64,000 nt of DNA from Octopus vulgaris. Its lineage: Eukaryota. The DNA lies in NCBI GenBank assembly GCA_951406725.2, contig OX597822.1, positions 90,892,001 through 90,956,000 on the forward strand, in the 5' to 3' direction. Each line of letters starts with the position of its first letter. Position 1 is the first letter of the stretch. A program made the translations under genes and the position numbers. The notes beneath the pieces were generated by a model. It saw nothing but the letters and a program-made list of their open reading frames with translations. It was not told the origin of the DNA and ran no database searches. Below, piece after piece: positions 52,008 through 64,000 of the stretch.

Positions 52008-53085
52008 GGCTACAAATCTCCAAGAATTGAAACATTCCAATCCAGAAACTTTTGGCTTTCAGTATTCCCCACATTCTCACATGATAATTCTGCTTTCTAG
52101 ATTCACTTCTCTGTGAGTTTTCTGGTGGAAAGGAAATAGCATCAAGTTCAGGAGACTAGCAACTGCATCACCAGATAAAAGATGACATAATGAAGAAGGC
52201 CCTAAAATATCCCAGACTCTGTTGTTTATTTTATTTTATTTTTGTTTGTTAGTTGTTTTTTAAGACTGTTATATGAATTTCTTCTTACGTTCTTCAACAA
52301 TGCATTTCTGTAGAACAATGGGCATGTAGTTGCCACAACAACTACTACTGCCCAATCAATCATCAGTTGCAGGGGATTAGCTATCAAGTTTGCAAACTAA
52401 AGAGTAATGTTGTTTGTTTTTGGAAAAAGAGAACATTACTAGTAATGGTTAAAAAGTTAAATAACTTCACAAAATTGAATAAGAATATGTACTATGAGAA
52501 GTGTATTCTAACATTTGGGACATTAATGTGTGTTGCTGCAAAAGGGCTAAATATAGCCTTCCAACTAGCTCCTCATTATTTTCCCTAAGAAGTGCTCTGC
52601 TTAGAGCATTTGAATTCACTTCTCACATGTTATCTGAACAATGTTTTGTTTCTATCACGTCATCATTATCATCTGTCTTTATTGTTATCATCACCATAAT
52701 CCATTGTTATTCATCTACAAAAAAATCAGTCCATGGAATTAATTTTTTAAGCAATTGGGGTAATTTCAGTTTGCTAAAAATATTTTTTAACATTATTTAT
52801 ATTCTATAACAATCAATGTATGAATATGTGATTGGGTGTGGAAGATCATTTTGCTTTATTTATATATTGAGATTTCTGTTTATGGGTTAATGATTAAATG
52901 AATATAGTGATTGGTATCAGACATGTTGCTGTAAGATTGGGGCAGTGCATAGAGAGCAAGAAAGAGAGAGAGAGAGAGGAAGGACAATAAAGAAAGTAAA
53001 TGAGGATGTGTATAATGAATGTATACTGAAATTATTCATGCATTAAAAAAACCACATGTATGTATGTGTGTGTGTGTGTGCATGT

Positions 53086-53137
<52 letters not shown>

Positions 53138-53345
53138 TATAAAAGATGTTGACATATCTGTATATTTATGTTTCTTCCTCTCTCTTTCTATATATATGTG
53201 TGTGTGTGTGTGTGTGCATGTGTATATGTGTATATATATATATATAATATATATATATTTACACACACACACACATAAATAGTATATTGTTCACTTGTTG
53301 ATATATTCAGCAAAAAAGTACTCAATACACTGAGAGATGAATATC

Positions 53346-53719
53346 ATTTAATGAATACAGGAGTTATACTAAAGCTACTTCAAGTTTCATGCTTGGATAG
53401 TGGAGAAATCAGAGAGCCTTATATAGTGTACAATGTGCATTCTGGCAATTATTGAAACTCAAATAAGTCTATTTAGATTTAAACACACAAGATTAACAAT
53501 ATTCTTTATTTCCCCCACTTCCTTTAACATTTTGCTTTTGTTTTTTCTTGTAATGTTATCTTGGTTCTTTTCTCACATTTTCTTATGATGTAGCCATGTC
53601 AGTTGAGCCTGAACAATTGCTGGATCATGCATTGTGTGTTATACAAGCCTGTGTGCTTACTATGCTATCCAGAGCAGGAAAGTTGAAGTTGCTCACATGT
53701 AACTCCTGTATTCATTAAA

Positions 53720-53720
<1 letters not shown>
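53346..53720. repeat. Inverted repeat formed by two degenerate hammerhead-bearing units
   Basis: atttaatgaatacaggagtta / taactcctgtattcattaaat arms; GAAACTTGAAGTAGCT on the minus strand and GAGCCTGAACA...GAAAGTTGAAGTTGCTC on the plus strand. Confidence 0.6.
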
Positions 53721-53769
<49 letters not shown>

Positions 53770-54364
53770 TGGCGGTGCCCCAGCATGGCCACAGCTCATG
53801 AGCTGAAACTAGATAAAATAAATAAATAAAAATTTTTTAAATATATATATATACACATACACACACACATATACATATATACATAAACACACACACACAC
53901 ATATGCATGGCCTTATTCTTTTTTATAGAAATTGCTAACGGTGCTCACTAACAACATATACTAGATGTGTATAGAGACTGATCTATGTTTACCTATGTGT
54001 AAAGTAAACAAAGAATGTAACTTTTCTTCTCAATCTACTGGTATACAGAAGAAACCAACAAGTTGATTAAATGAAATCGTTGTTCAGAAATATATTTGTT
54101 TATGTTACATTTGTGTAAATACTCACAAACATTCACACACACACAAACAATGAAATGCACACGCAATTTATGTATGTATGTATTTTTAAAATTATGAATA
54201 GCTGCCATGGTGAAAAAGATCCAGTGTATGGAATTGAGGCAATATTAAATTAAAATAGCCACCTTCATATCATACTTAATATATATACACCATTGTACAG
54301 GAAAGTTACTGCAGTTTTTGTCTGAGAAAAACTATGAATGTGCTGTGTTTAAAAAGCATTATAT

Positions 54365-54595
54365 ATGTGTGTCTGTGTTTGTCTGTTTGTGTGTCTGTGT
54401 TTGTCCCCCTAGCATTGCTTGACAACCAATACTGGTGTGTTTACGCCCCCGTCACTTAGCGGTTCGGCAAAAGAGACCGATAGAATAAGTACTGGGCTTA
54501 CAAAGAATAAGTCCCGGGGTCGATTTGCATGACTAAAGGTGGTGCTCCAGCGTGGCCACAGTCAAATGACTGAAACAAGTAAAAGAGTTAAGAGT
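54365..54595 (+). mobile_element. tRNA-derived SINE, 3' half
   Basis: gtccccctagcattgcttgacaacc...actgaaacaagtaaaagag. Confidence 0.85.
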
Positions 54596-55494
54596 ATATC
54601 AAAAGGAATCAAAAAATTGTCTCATCAACAGCTAGTGAGAATGCCAGATATATTTCAGCATATTTAGGCCTAGTCAATTATGTGAACTTACTGAGACCCT
54701 ATATCAGAGGTGACAAATCTCTTCTAGGTATATGTCTAGCTGCAAGCACATATCATTGACGAGGCCCCAAAAGACTGAAATGGAATTGGTGTTCTCACCA
54801 GCTGCACAGCATGTCTATTAGAGATTTTATCTTGGATGAAAACCACAGTAACTTGCTTATCAAGAGTGTGTATACATTCCATGATACCAAGATGGCTATT
54901 TTAATTTAACACTACTTTTGATTGAATGCACTGGATTTTTATTCAGCCCAGCAGCTATTTGGAATGGTAGTGAATGTATTATTCTTTGTTTCCTGTATCA
55001 GAGGTCACAAGTCTCATTGAGACAAGTGGCTGACTGCAAGTATATGTCATTGAAAATATCCAAAATGTCTGAAGTGCATCTAGTGTTCTCAACAACTGTT
55101 GCCTCGAAAGTTTTTCATCTCCCCACACTATACATTGTGCTGTTAAATACAGCATGTCAATATGAGATTTTATTTCAGACAAAAACTTAAGTAACTTGTT
55201 TCATTTGTGGATCAAAGCTTCCTTTGGCATTGCTTAAGAGCAACATATAACCAACTCATCAATCCTAAAGTGCATCGCTGTTTTGCCATTGGAATCCAGC
55301 CATAACAAGAAAAGCTATCTGAGCAAATTGAAACCTCTCTTGATTCAGTTTAGGTAACTGATGATGTTTAGTCATCTTGGAAATCCTTCAGAAACACCAT
55401 CTATAAAACTTCTTTAGAAGTATTGGGCTCTTCCCTTTAAGCATCAGGTTTTGTTTGCTGGTAGCAATGCAGATATATACATCATATATATATA

Positions 55495-55759
55495 CAGTGG
55501 CAAACTGGGTCGTCTGAAAATATTGGTTGCCAGGAGACTAAAGAGGCCCACCTGTAACTACAATGCTGTCATTTAATTTTTTTTTTATAAGTATTCTTTT
55601 CAACTGTCTACAAGCACAGCCAGGCTGAAATAATGCATTCTTCCAGGAATGCTTAAAAAATTCTCAAACTTGAGGGGATGGGCCCCCATATATGGATTCT
55701 AATAGTTCAGGGGCCCACTTGCCATCAGGACAGCTGGCAACCTGGCCAGTCCGCTACTG
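55495..55759. mobile_element. hAT-like MITE in (TA)n
   Basis: CAGTGGCAAACTGG ... CCAGTCCGCTACTG imperfect TIRs, internal GGGCCC motifs. Confidence 0.6.
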
Positions 55760-55774
55760 AATATATAGATATAT

Positions 55775-55806
<32 letters not shown>

Positions 55807-56031
55807 GCAGCACAAAGTTTTGTCAGTGAACAGGTTGTGGTCTCAGAGTGACGAAAATATTTTGACACAAATTAAATTTAAACGTTGAAGTGAATCTAAT
55901 GGGGTTTTTTGTGTTTTTAAATGGCTTATAAACACCTTCCATGCTGCAATTGTTTTTCTTTCAGCACACAATCTCAGATCAAGTCACTTGCTATGCAAGT
56001 ACAACTCCATAATATATATATATATGTATGT

Positions 56032-57954
56032 ATATATATGGTAAAAAAAAAGTCAAGGTAAAAAATGCTAAAATAATTTTATAAAAAATATTTCAGTACC
56101 AGTTTCAGTCACTGAGACTTTTTCAACAGTAAGTATGGAAAACAATTCAATTTTGGAAATATTAAAAGAAAAGCTTTTAAAAAGAATATTTGCATAGTAT
56201 TCAAATACAAGGGGCATTTTCCTTGTTTCTGCCTGTCTCTGTCTCTCTTGTTTACTCTTGTGGGTTTAAGGTTGTTGTGAATTCTTGGCAGGGAAGAAGA
56301 AGAAGAAGGAGGAGGAGAAGAATGCAGGAGTTCCATGATAGTAGTAGGATGTTAAATGGTCAAGTGCCCTGAAAGTGACTTGTGGATGGTAGTAGTGATT
56401 GAATTCTTGAGACATCTCTGAATGTATTGTTTATAAAATTTGTGAATGTGTTATCCTAAACAGCAATTGTAGTAAAGTTAGGAAGGAGGTGGCAGAGAGG
56501 AGGAAGACAAAGAAGAAAGAGAAAGAGAAGGGAGAATAATAAAGGAATGCAGATAGTATGATAGTAGTATGATGTTAAATGGTCAAGTGACCTAAAAGTG
56601 ATCATTATGGATTATAGCAGTGATTGGGACTGTTTTTTAATGAATTCTTGGGAATCTCTTGAGTGTATCATTTTTAATATTTGTGTTTGTGTTATTCTAA
56701 GGCCGTTGTGGATATATCGTTTGTTGTAGATGCATTCAAAAGGGCTCTGTATTTTGTAATAAAATGGGTCTCTTTACTAATTCATTGGCTACAGGTTGTA
56801 TTGCCCCTGAATTGGTAGAAGGGGAAAATTCTGAAGCTTGGACTCTTGTTATTTTGGGGAATTTTGATCTGGGATCTGTGCAGAGCCATCATTTTACAAA
56901 GACTGTTTTTTGTTTGGTCTATGTATTGCTCCTCACACCCAGAGCAGGTTAGTGCATATATCAGGTTCTCTGAAGCACATGTGAAGCTGCTTTTCACTGT
57001 GAAACATTGTCTCTGTTTGAAGGAGAACTCTGATCCCGCAATTAAATTGACACATATCTCACAGTGGGGTCTTTCACATTTTTTTACTGACAGCTTCTGT
57101 GTTGTTGTTGAGCATATTTGGGCTTGTGTTAGGAGACTTTTCATAGATTTGGGTTGTCTCTTACTTTTTATGATGGTGTGTGTTTGGAGGATTAAGTTCA
57201 TTTTGTGATCCTTTTTTAGCAGGGGAATGTTTTGAAGGATGGTGTCAAAGGCTTCATTGTTAAGAGGGTTGTGTGTGGAGATGTATGGTAGGGCTTTTGG
57301 GTGTAAATCCTTCTTTAATTTGGGATGTCTGAGTTTGTAGATGTTGAGTTGAAGGGCACACTGAAAGCATATGTCAATTAGAGAAGGTGGGTAATTCCTG
57401 ATGATGAGTGTATCCTTTAGTTCATGTAGTTGTGTGTGTCTGGTGTTTGCATTAGAAACTACATTCCTTTATTATTCTCCCTTCTCTTTCTCCTTCGTCT
57501 TCTTCCTTTCCGCCACCTCCTTCCTAACTTTACCACTATTGCTGTTTAGAATAACACCTGCGCAAATTTTATAAACAATACATTCAAAAGAGATGTCTCA
57601 AGAATTCAATCACTACTACCATCACTTTCAGGGCACTTGACCATTTAACACCCTACAACTATCATGGTACTCTTGCATTCTCCACCTTTTTTCTCCTTCT
57701 CCTTCCCTGCCAAGAATTCACAATGACCTCGAACCCACAAGAGAGACAGAGACAGGCAGAAACAAGGAAACTGCCCCTTGTATTTGAATACTATACAAAT
57801 AGTCTTTTAAAAAGTTTTTCTTTTAATTTTTCCAAAATTAAATTGTTTTCCATACTTACAGTTGAAAAAGTCTCAGTGACTGAAACTGGTACCGAAATGT
57901 CTTTTATAAAATTATTTTAGCATTTTTCTACCTTGACTTTTTTTCCATATATAT
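56032..57954 (-). mobile_element. 5'-truncated Penelope-like element with GIY-YIG endonuclease and inverted pseudo-LTRs
   Basis: ORF 56782-57201 (-) KCERPHCEIC...FTCASENLIYALTCSGCEEQYIDQTKNSL..MALHRSQI; ~500-bp arms 56032-56550 and 57462-57954 are reverse complements; flanked by (TA)n. Confidence 0.88.
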
Positions 57955-57975
57955 TAACTCGTGTGTTCCTTTACA

Positions 57976-58031
<56 letters not shown>

Positions 58032-59517
58032 GAGCTTTAGAATGGAAAAAGGTTGCTCATTCAATGAGGGTGTATCTCATCCAAGCATACACTGGTTTAT
58101 CTCCACATCAGTTAATTTTCCTGGAATGTGTTAATTTGTGTTAGTATTACCATTTATTGGTGGTTCTTCTTTGATGTCAATCCTCAACGCTTATGAAGTT
58201 CCAGTTGTCGTTATAGATGTTTACATCTATCTGATATAGGAAAACATAATTTTAATAATGCAATATAAAAAAATTGGGAGTGTGAACACCAAAAATCAAT
58301 TTAATTATGTTACAGTCAATTTCATGTCACCTACGCACATCCAATTTCTCCCCTTCATTCATATTTTACAATTAAAATTGCATTATGAATTAAAAGGTAA
58401 AAATCTCTTCAGAGCAAAATCGACATATATACATTCACATCCTAAAGGATGGGGAGTTCCTTACTGACTGAATAGCAGTGTGTGTGTGGGGGGGGCATGT
58501 GTGTCTTAGGATTCCATTCTGAAAATAGTTAGAGGTTAAACTACGACCACAGTGGACAATGGCTAGTTGCAGTCTTGAATATCTAGGTTATATTACTATT
58601 CACCCTTAATGGAATTTAGATGGGTTTTTTCAAAGGCTGGTTGCCACTCATTTGTCAAAAGAATAAAAAGTAAAAATATATGTATTAGTAAATATCCAAA
58701 TTAATATATTTATTTAATTGAGAGAATTTCAATTTTTATTACAATTCTTTATTTATTTAGATTTATTAGACATATTTGTTGACAGTTTGGGTTAATATAT
58801 ATATTTAGTTAAACTAATTTTTATATTTTTTAATGGGGGTACAGTTCACTATGTATCACATGCATGGAATTAGATATTTTCAGATGGTGAGAGAACATTT
58901 CACTTTAAAATTTGTTCCTGTTTATTTTAATTTTATCATTCACAGAATGTTAATTTAAATATAATTCATTATTTAAATTTTTTTAGATATATATATACAT
59001 ATCTTTTCCTTGTGAATATAACAAGCTCTCTATTCCTCATTTATTTAATATAATTGTTAATTAATTTATTTAGATACATCAGCTGATAGTAAGGGTTTCA
59101 ATGTGTATTCTATTTGATAAATATTATATAATCATTAGTTCTAGATATTGATTTATTCACATAATACCTATATAATTATATTTATTTCGATTTACTAGAT
59201 GTATATCTATTTTTATAATGTCTATTTAATTTCAATTTATTAAACATATATTTAATTCTGTATGGACAACAAAACCCTCTTTCTCTCTTATTGTTGATTA
59301 ATTTATGCTTGGATGTAAGGATCTGGAAATTTTCTCAATACATAAGTCACACCTTTTTCTTCCAGTGCTATAAGATTTTGCCTAATTACTTCCCAGTTCA
59401 GTGTATAGTCCTTATTTTAATCCTTAACTACCCAAATTAATCTACTTAAACTAGTCCTAGCTTCTTTTCACTTATCTCTAAAAGTGCTTTCATGGTTGGC
59501 TGTCCTTTTCTTTATAT

Positions 59518-60502
59518 AAAGTTATATCTTGAGATCGCTAGTGATAACAATACTCAAAATATATTAGAGACGGGAATTGTAGTGCTCCAAATGAGCTATA
59601 TTCCACTTGTTAATCTGAGGGGAGGCAATGTGAGCAGCAACTAAAGCAACATTACAAAATCAGATCAAAAACATACATATATTCATTTATATCTACAGAA
59701 CAACGTTTAAAAATATAATAATATATAAATAAATAAACATCATATAAAATATATAAATATATAAGAATCAGTGTTGCATATATAACACATTGAATTTACA
59801 CTTAAAATCATAAAACATTTGGTAAAAATGTGTTAAATTAAAAATTTATGGTAATAAAACATACAATGACATATTAAAATGACTTATAAATCACGTACCA
59901 GCTATATGCAAGAAAACATATAGCTGGTATGTAATTGTACATTTGTTTCCATGTATTATGTATTGTGTGTGATAATCATCCTGATGAAGGGAGTGTCAAT
60001 TTCAAATATATGACATGTTTCATTTTAATTGGCGTGCCTCCAAAACGGCTCGTAGATGAACATTTTTGTATATTTATCTTTTCTGTTTTTTTTCTGGAAT
60101 TTTAATACGTCATTTTAATATGTCATTGTATGTTTTATTACCATAAATTTTTAATTTAACAAATTTTTACCAAATGTTTTATGATTTTAAGTGTAAATTC
60201 AATATGTTATATATGCAACACTGATTCTTATATATTTATATATTTTATATGATGTTTATTTATTTATATATTATTATATTTTTAAACGTTGGACTTTATA
60301 TCTGTTCTGTAGATATAAATGAATACATGAATATATGTATGTGTTTGATCTTTCTGTGGATTTTGTAATGTTGCTTTAGTTGCTGCTCACATTGCCTCCC
60401 CTCAGATTAACAAGTGGAATATAGCTCATTTGGAGCACTACAATTCCTGTCTATAATATATTTTGAGTATTGTTATCACTAGTGATCTCAAGATATAACT
60501 TT
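59518..60502. repeat. ~1-kb fold-back: arms 59518-59883 and 60109-60502 around a 225-bp spacer
   Basis: Arms are reverse-complementary with few substitutions and three small indels. Confidence 0.93.
59976..60059 (+). ncRNA. Type I hammerhead ribozyme motif (PLE-type), probably inactivated
   Basis: Stem I TCATC/GATGA; core CTGATGA; long stem II GG..TGTCAATT/AATTGGCG..CC; AAAAC in place of GAAAC; stem III ACG-GCT-CGT; GTA cleavage triplet. Confidence 0.7.
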
Positions 60503-60523
60503 GTATTTTGTATTTTATATATA

Positions 60524-60820
60524 TGCAGGAGTGGCTGTGTGGTAAGTAGCTTGCTAACCAACCACATGGTTCCGGGTTCAGTCCCACTGCGTGGCATCTT
60601 GGGCAAGTGTCTTCTGCTATAGCCCCGGGCCGACCAATGCCTTGTGAGTGAATTTGGTAGACGGAAACTGAAAGAAGCCTGTCGTATATATGTATATATA
60701 TATATATGTATGTGTGTGTATGTGTTTGTGTGTCTGTGTTTGTCCTGGGGTCGATTTGCTCGACTAAAGGCGGTGCTCCAGCATGGCCGCAGTCAAATGA
60801 CTGAAACAAGTAAAAGAGAA
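60524..60820 (+). mobile_element. tRNA-derived SINE with internal deletion
   Basis: Head matches the 28515 copy; jumps from gtttgtcc to tggggtcgatttgctcg. Confidence 0.88.
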
Positions 60821-60829
60821 AGAGATATA

Positions 60830-63800
60830 TATAATAGCACACTAAAAAACAACTTCTGCAGAACTATTGAGCTCATGGAGCGGAAGAAAAATAAATTCAT
60901 CCAATCCTATGCCTTTATTAGACCTGACATTGACATTCTTGATGTCATCATGGAAAACTACTGTGGCAAGACTGATAAGGATCGGGAGAATGAAGCAAAA
61001 ACTAGAAGTCTCTTTGATCCAGTAGTCCCTGAAAAGAATGAATCTCCCCCTCCCCCCGTGAACAACCAGGCTGCTAAGGATAGGGAAGCTGAAGAAGCAA
61101 CAAGCAGAGGTTCCTCTGTGCCAATGATCCTACAGAGGAATGGTGTCGTCACCCCACTGGACAACCAGAAGAATGCAAGTGCTATCACCAGAAAAGGAAG
61201 GAAAGAACACAAGTACTAACATAAAGAAGGAAGGGGAGAAAAAGGAAAAAAAGAAATAACTAAAACCGAAACCCCAAATGACCAAACAGAAAACTCAAAT
61301 ATGGAGGCTCCAATGGAATCCAAAACTCCAGAGGAGAAAAGAAATTTGGAGTGAAGTTGAGGATATGCAAATTTTACCTTCCAAAACTACAGAGGCCCTA
61401 AGGAGCAATACTTCCCTGAGAAAAGACATCAATCATCACCAAAGATGAAATATACAAATGCAGTGCACACTTCAGATGTTATGCGTAAGGCAGCAACTGA
61501 GAAAGAGTCTTTTTTGTGCATGGTACAAAAGATTGTGCAGCAGCTGACCTGGCTACATCAAGCACAAACAAGGAGCCTTGCCCACCACTGCGCGAGACCA
61601 CCATAATCAACAAACACGCAATGGCCTCCCCTAACGCCTGCATAGTCGTCATGCCAATATTTTTACTAAATATTGGGGCCTGTTGCATCACAACAACAAA
61701 AGTAAAATTTCTTTCCCAAGAGACCGTGTGGCATGCAATCAAGCCCTATGCATAGCACTCGGGGAAACTCATCTGAGCCCTGATATAGAGAATCCAGAAG
61801 TACACGTACCAAAATATACCATGCTGCAAACAGACAGAAGGGAAAGGAGCCATGGTGGAGTTGGTGTATACATCTGTGAAGATTTCACACCTCAGTTCTT
61901 ACTGTCATACTCAAATTCAGTATGTAACACTCTAATTGTATACATAAGACAACATAATATAGTAATATGCAATACATATCGCCCACCAGATGCTCCAAAC
62001 AACATAGGCAAGTTCTAAGATTGCCTCACAAGAATTAAATCCTCATGAAACTGGAACACCACATGAGAGTATTTCTTATGGGTGATTTCAACTTCCCCAA
62101 TGTCAAATTGCTTGAAAGCCTCATGCTCTCAGGAATGACCCATTGCAAACAAGCACAAGTGGAGTCCCTGCTCAACTTCACCAATACCCTATTCATGTAC
62201 TCAGACCAACTAGGGCGAATAACATGTTGGATCTCTGCTTCACAAATAATATGGACATCGTTCATGATGTGAAAGTGATGCCAACATTAGTTTCAGATCA
62301 CAACATAATTGAACTGTCGATGTTTAGACCAAAAGTAGCCAGACATACAGCCTAAAGGAAGCACCCAAAATCTCTCCAATCTGAACTTCCACAAAGCAGA
62401 CTGGAAATTGATCCAAAAAGAGATCCTCAAACAGGACTGACCAAAATGTCTCTCCACACCAGACATTGGCATGAAACTAGAATATTTCATGTGTTTTATG
62501 GAAACCATATGCCAGAAATATGTCCCAGAGCACAAGGCCAGCATAAAAAGGAACAAGACTCCAAGGGAGATGAAGATCCTCATGAGACGATGGATGAAGG
62601 TTGCAAATCGCTTCAACCAACATTCCAAAAGTAGTGAAAAGTCCTGCCTAAAAACAACATTGATGGAGATTGAAAAAGCCCACAACAATCCTATGTGAGG
62701 AAGAGAGCAGACAAAGAAGCCTGGATTATAAAAAACATTGTCAAATCCAAAGGCCTTCGTTCATTATGTCAAAGAAACAGCCTGAGTATGCTGTAAAACA
62801 GAACCCCTCTTCCAAAAGGATGGCTCCCTCACAGATAGTCCAACCAGTGAGATACTGAATGATCAGTTCAAAAGTGTCCTTACCACCCCGTTGGAATGCA
62901 GACAAGTGAACGAACCAGTGGACTTTTTTGCCACCTTACCTATAACCAGCAAGGCAGTTACAATGGAATACATCGACATTAGCGAAGAAGATATACTACT
63001 AGCCATAGATGTGGTGGACACAAACTCAACTGCTGGTCCTGATGGTTTCCAGCAATCCTCCTCAGATCATGTAAGCATGCCCTAGTAAAACCACTACAGA
63101 TTCTCTTCCAGAGTTTTCTTGTAAATGGCAAGCTGCCAAACAAAATGAAGGAGGGAATAATATGCCCAATCCATAAAGGAGGAAGCAGAGCAGATGCCAA
63201 AAACTATAAGCCTATCTCTCTGACTTCACACATCAGCAAAGTCATGGAACAGATAGTCAGAAACTAATCACATTCCTTGAGAAAAACAACTTGCTGAGTG
63301 ATACCCAGAATGGTTTTCGACCAGGTAGGAGCTGCCTGACCCAGCTCTTAAAACATTATGACTGGGTGTTGAGGCAGTTACTCAACAAATCAAATGTGAA
63401 CGAAATCTACCTTGATTTTGCAAAAGCTTTTGACAAGATGACCTCGGCATAGCTGGAAAACTTGGAGTGTGGTTACATGACTTCCTGAAAGATAGGAGTC
63501 AGGCAGTAGTGGTTAATGGAGCCACCTCTATGAACACACAAATAGTGAGCGGTGTTCCACAGGGCACTGTCTTGGGACCACTGCTTTTTATAGTGGCCCT
63601 CTCAGATATGCAGGATAGCCACTCTGGCAAGCTATGCAGACGATACGAAAGTCTCGCAGAAAATACAGAACCCCAGCGATGTTGCACACATGCAGCAGGA
63701 GTTGGACTCAATCTACAGATGGGCTGAGGATAATAATATGCAGTTTAATGCTGAAAAATTCCAGGCCCTGCGCTACCAGCATCCAAAACTGAATATTAAA

Positions 63801-64000
63801 CTTACAGAGGACACCGGTCCACAGGGAATTTCAATCCCAGAGCCTAAGTCTGTGAGGGACCTGGGTATTGACATGAGTGATGATACCTCTTTCCAAGTGC
63901 ACATTACCAGGATGACGACAAAGTGCAGACGACTGGCTGGATGGATCCTAAGAACATTCAGAACCAGATATAAGGAAACCATGATGGTCCTCTGGCGAAC
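60830..64000 (+). mobile_element. CR1/L2-like LINE (APE endonuclease + RT), pseudogenised, runs off the window
   Basis: ALGETHL, GGVGVYI, YRPP, MGDFNFP, PTRANNMLDL, SDHN; AGPDG, NYKPISLTS, QNGFRPGRSC, YLDFAKAFD, GVPQGTVLGPLLF, YADD; many frameshifts. Confidence 0.9.

Overview
AT-rich, repeat-dense animal genomic DNA. The tRNA-derived SINEs, (TA)n/(CA)n tracts and RTE/Penelope/mariner load suggest an octopus-type cephalopod (inference). The only host gene I can support is the 3' part of a golgin-245/GOLGA4-like gene on the + strand. It has 11 phase-consistent exons with canonical GT-AG introns from 2224 to 52007 (460 aa in window), encoding coiled coil then a GRIP domain ending AWLSP*. The rest is intron or intergenic DNA full of decayed transposons: mariner, piggyBac, piggyBac- and hAT-type MITEs, RTE, Penelope-like elements (PLE), a CR1/L2-type LINE and several SINE families. 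Three structures stand out: (1) a ~1 kb fold-back at 59.5-60.5 kb with a type I hammerhead ribozyme motif in its loop, plus other inverted-repeat/hammerhead remnants; (2) two full-length mariner copies in inverted orientation bracketing the 48-nt exon that carries the invariant GRIP tyrosine; (3) a candidate alternative last exon. There is no CRISPR or prokaryotic system, and I cannot show that any of these structures is previously undescribed.
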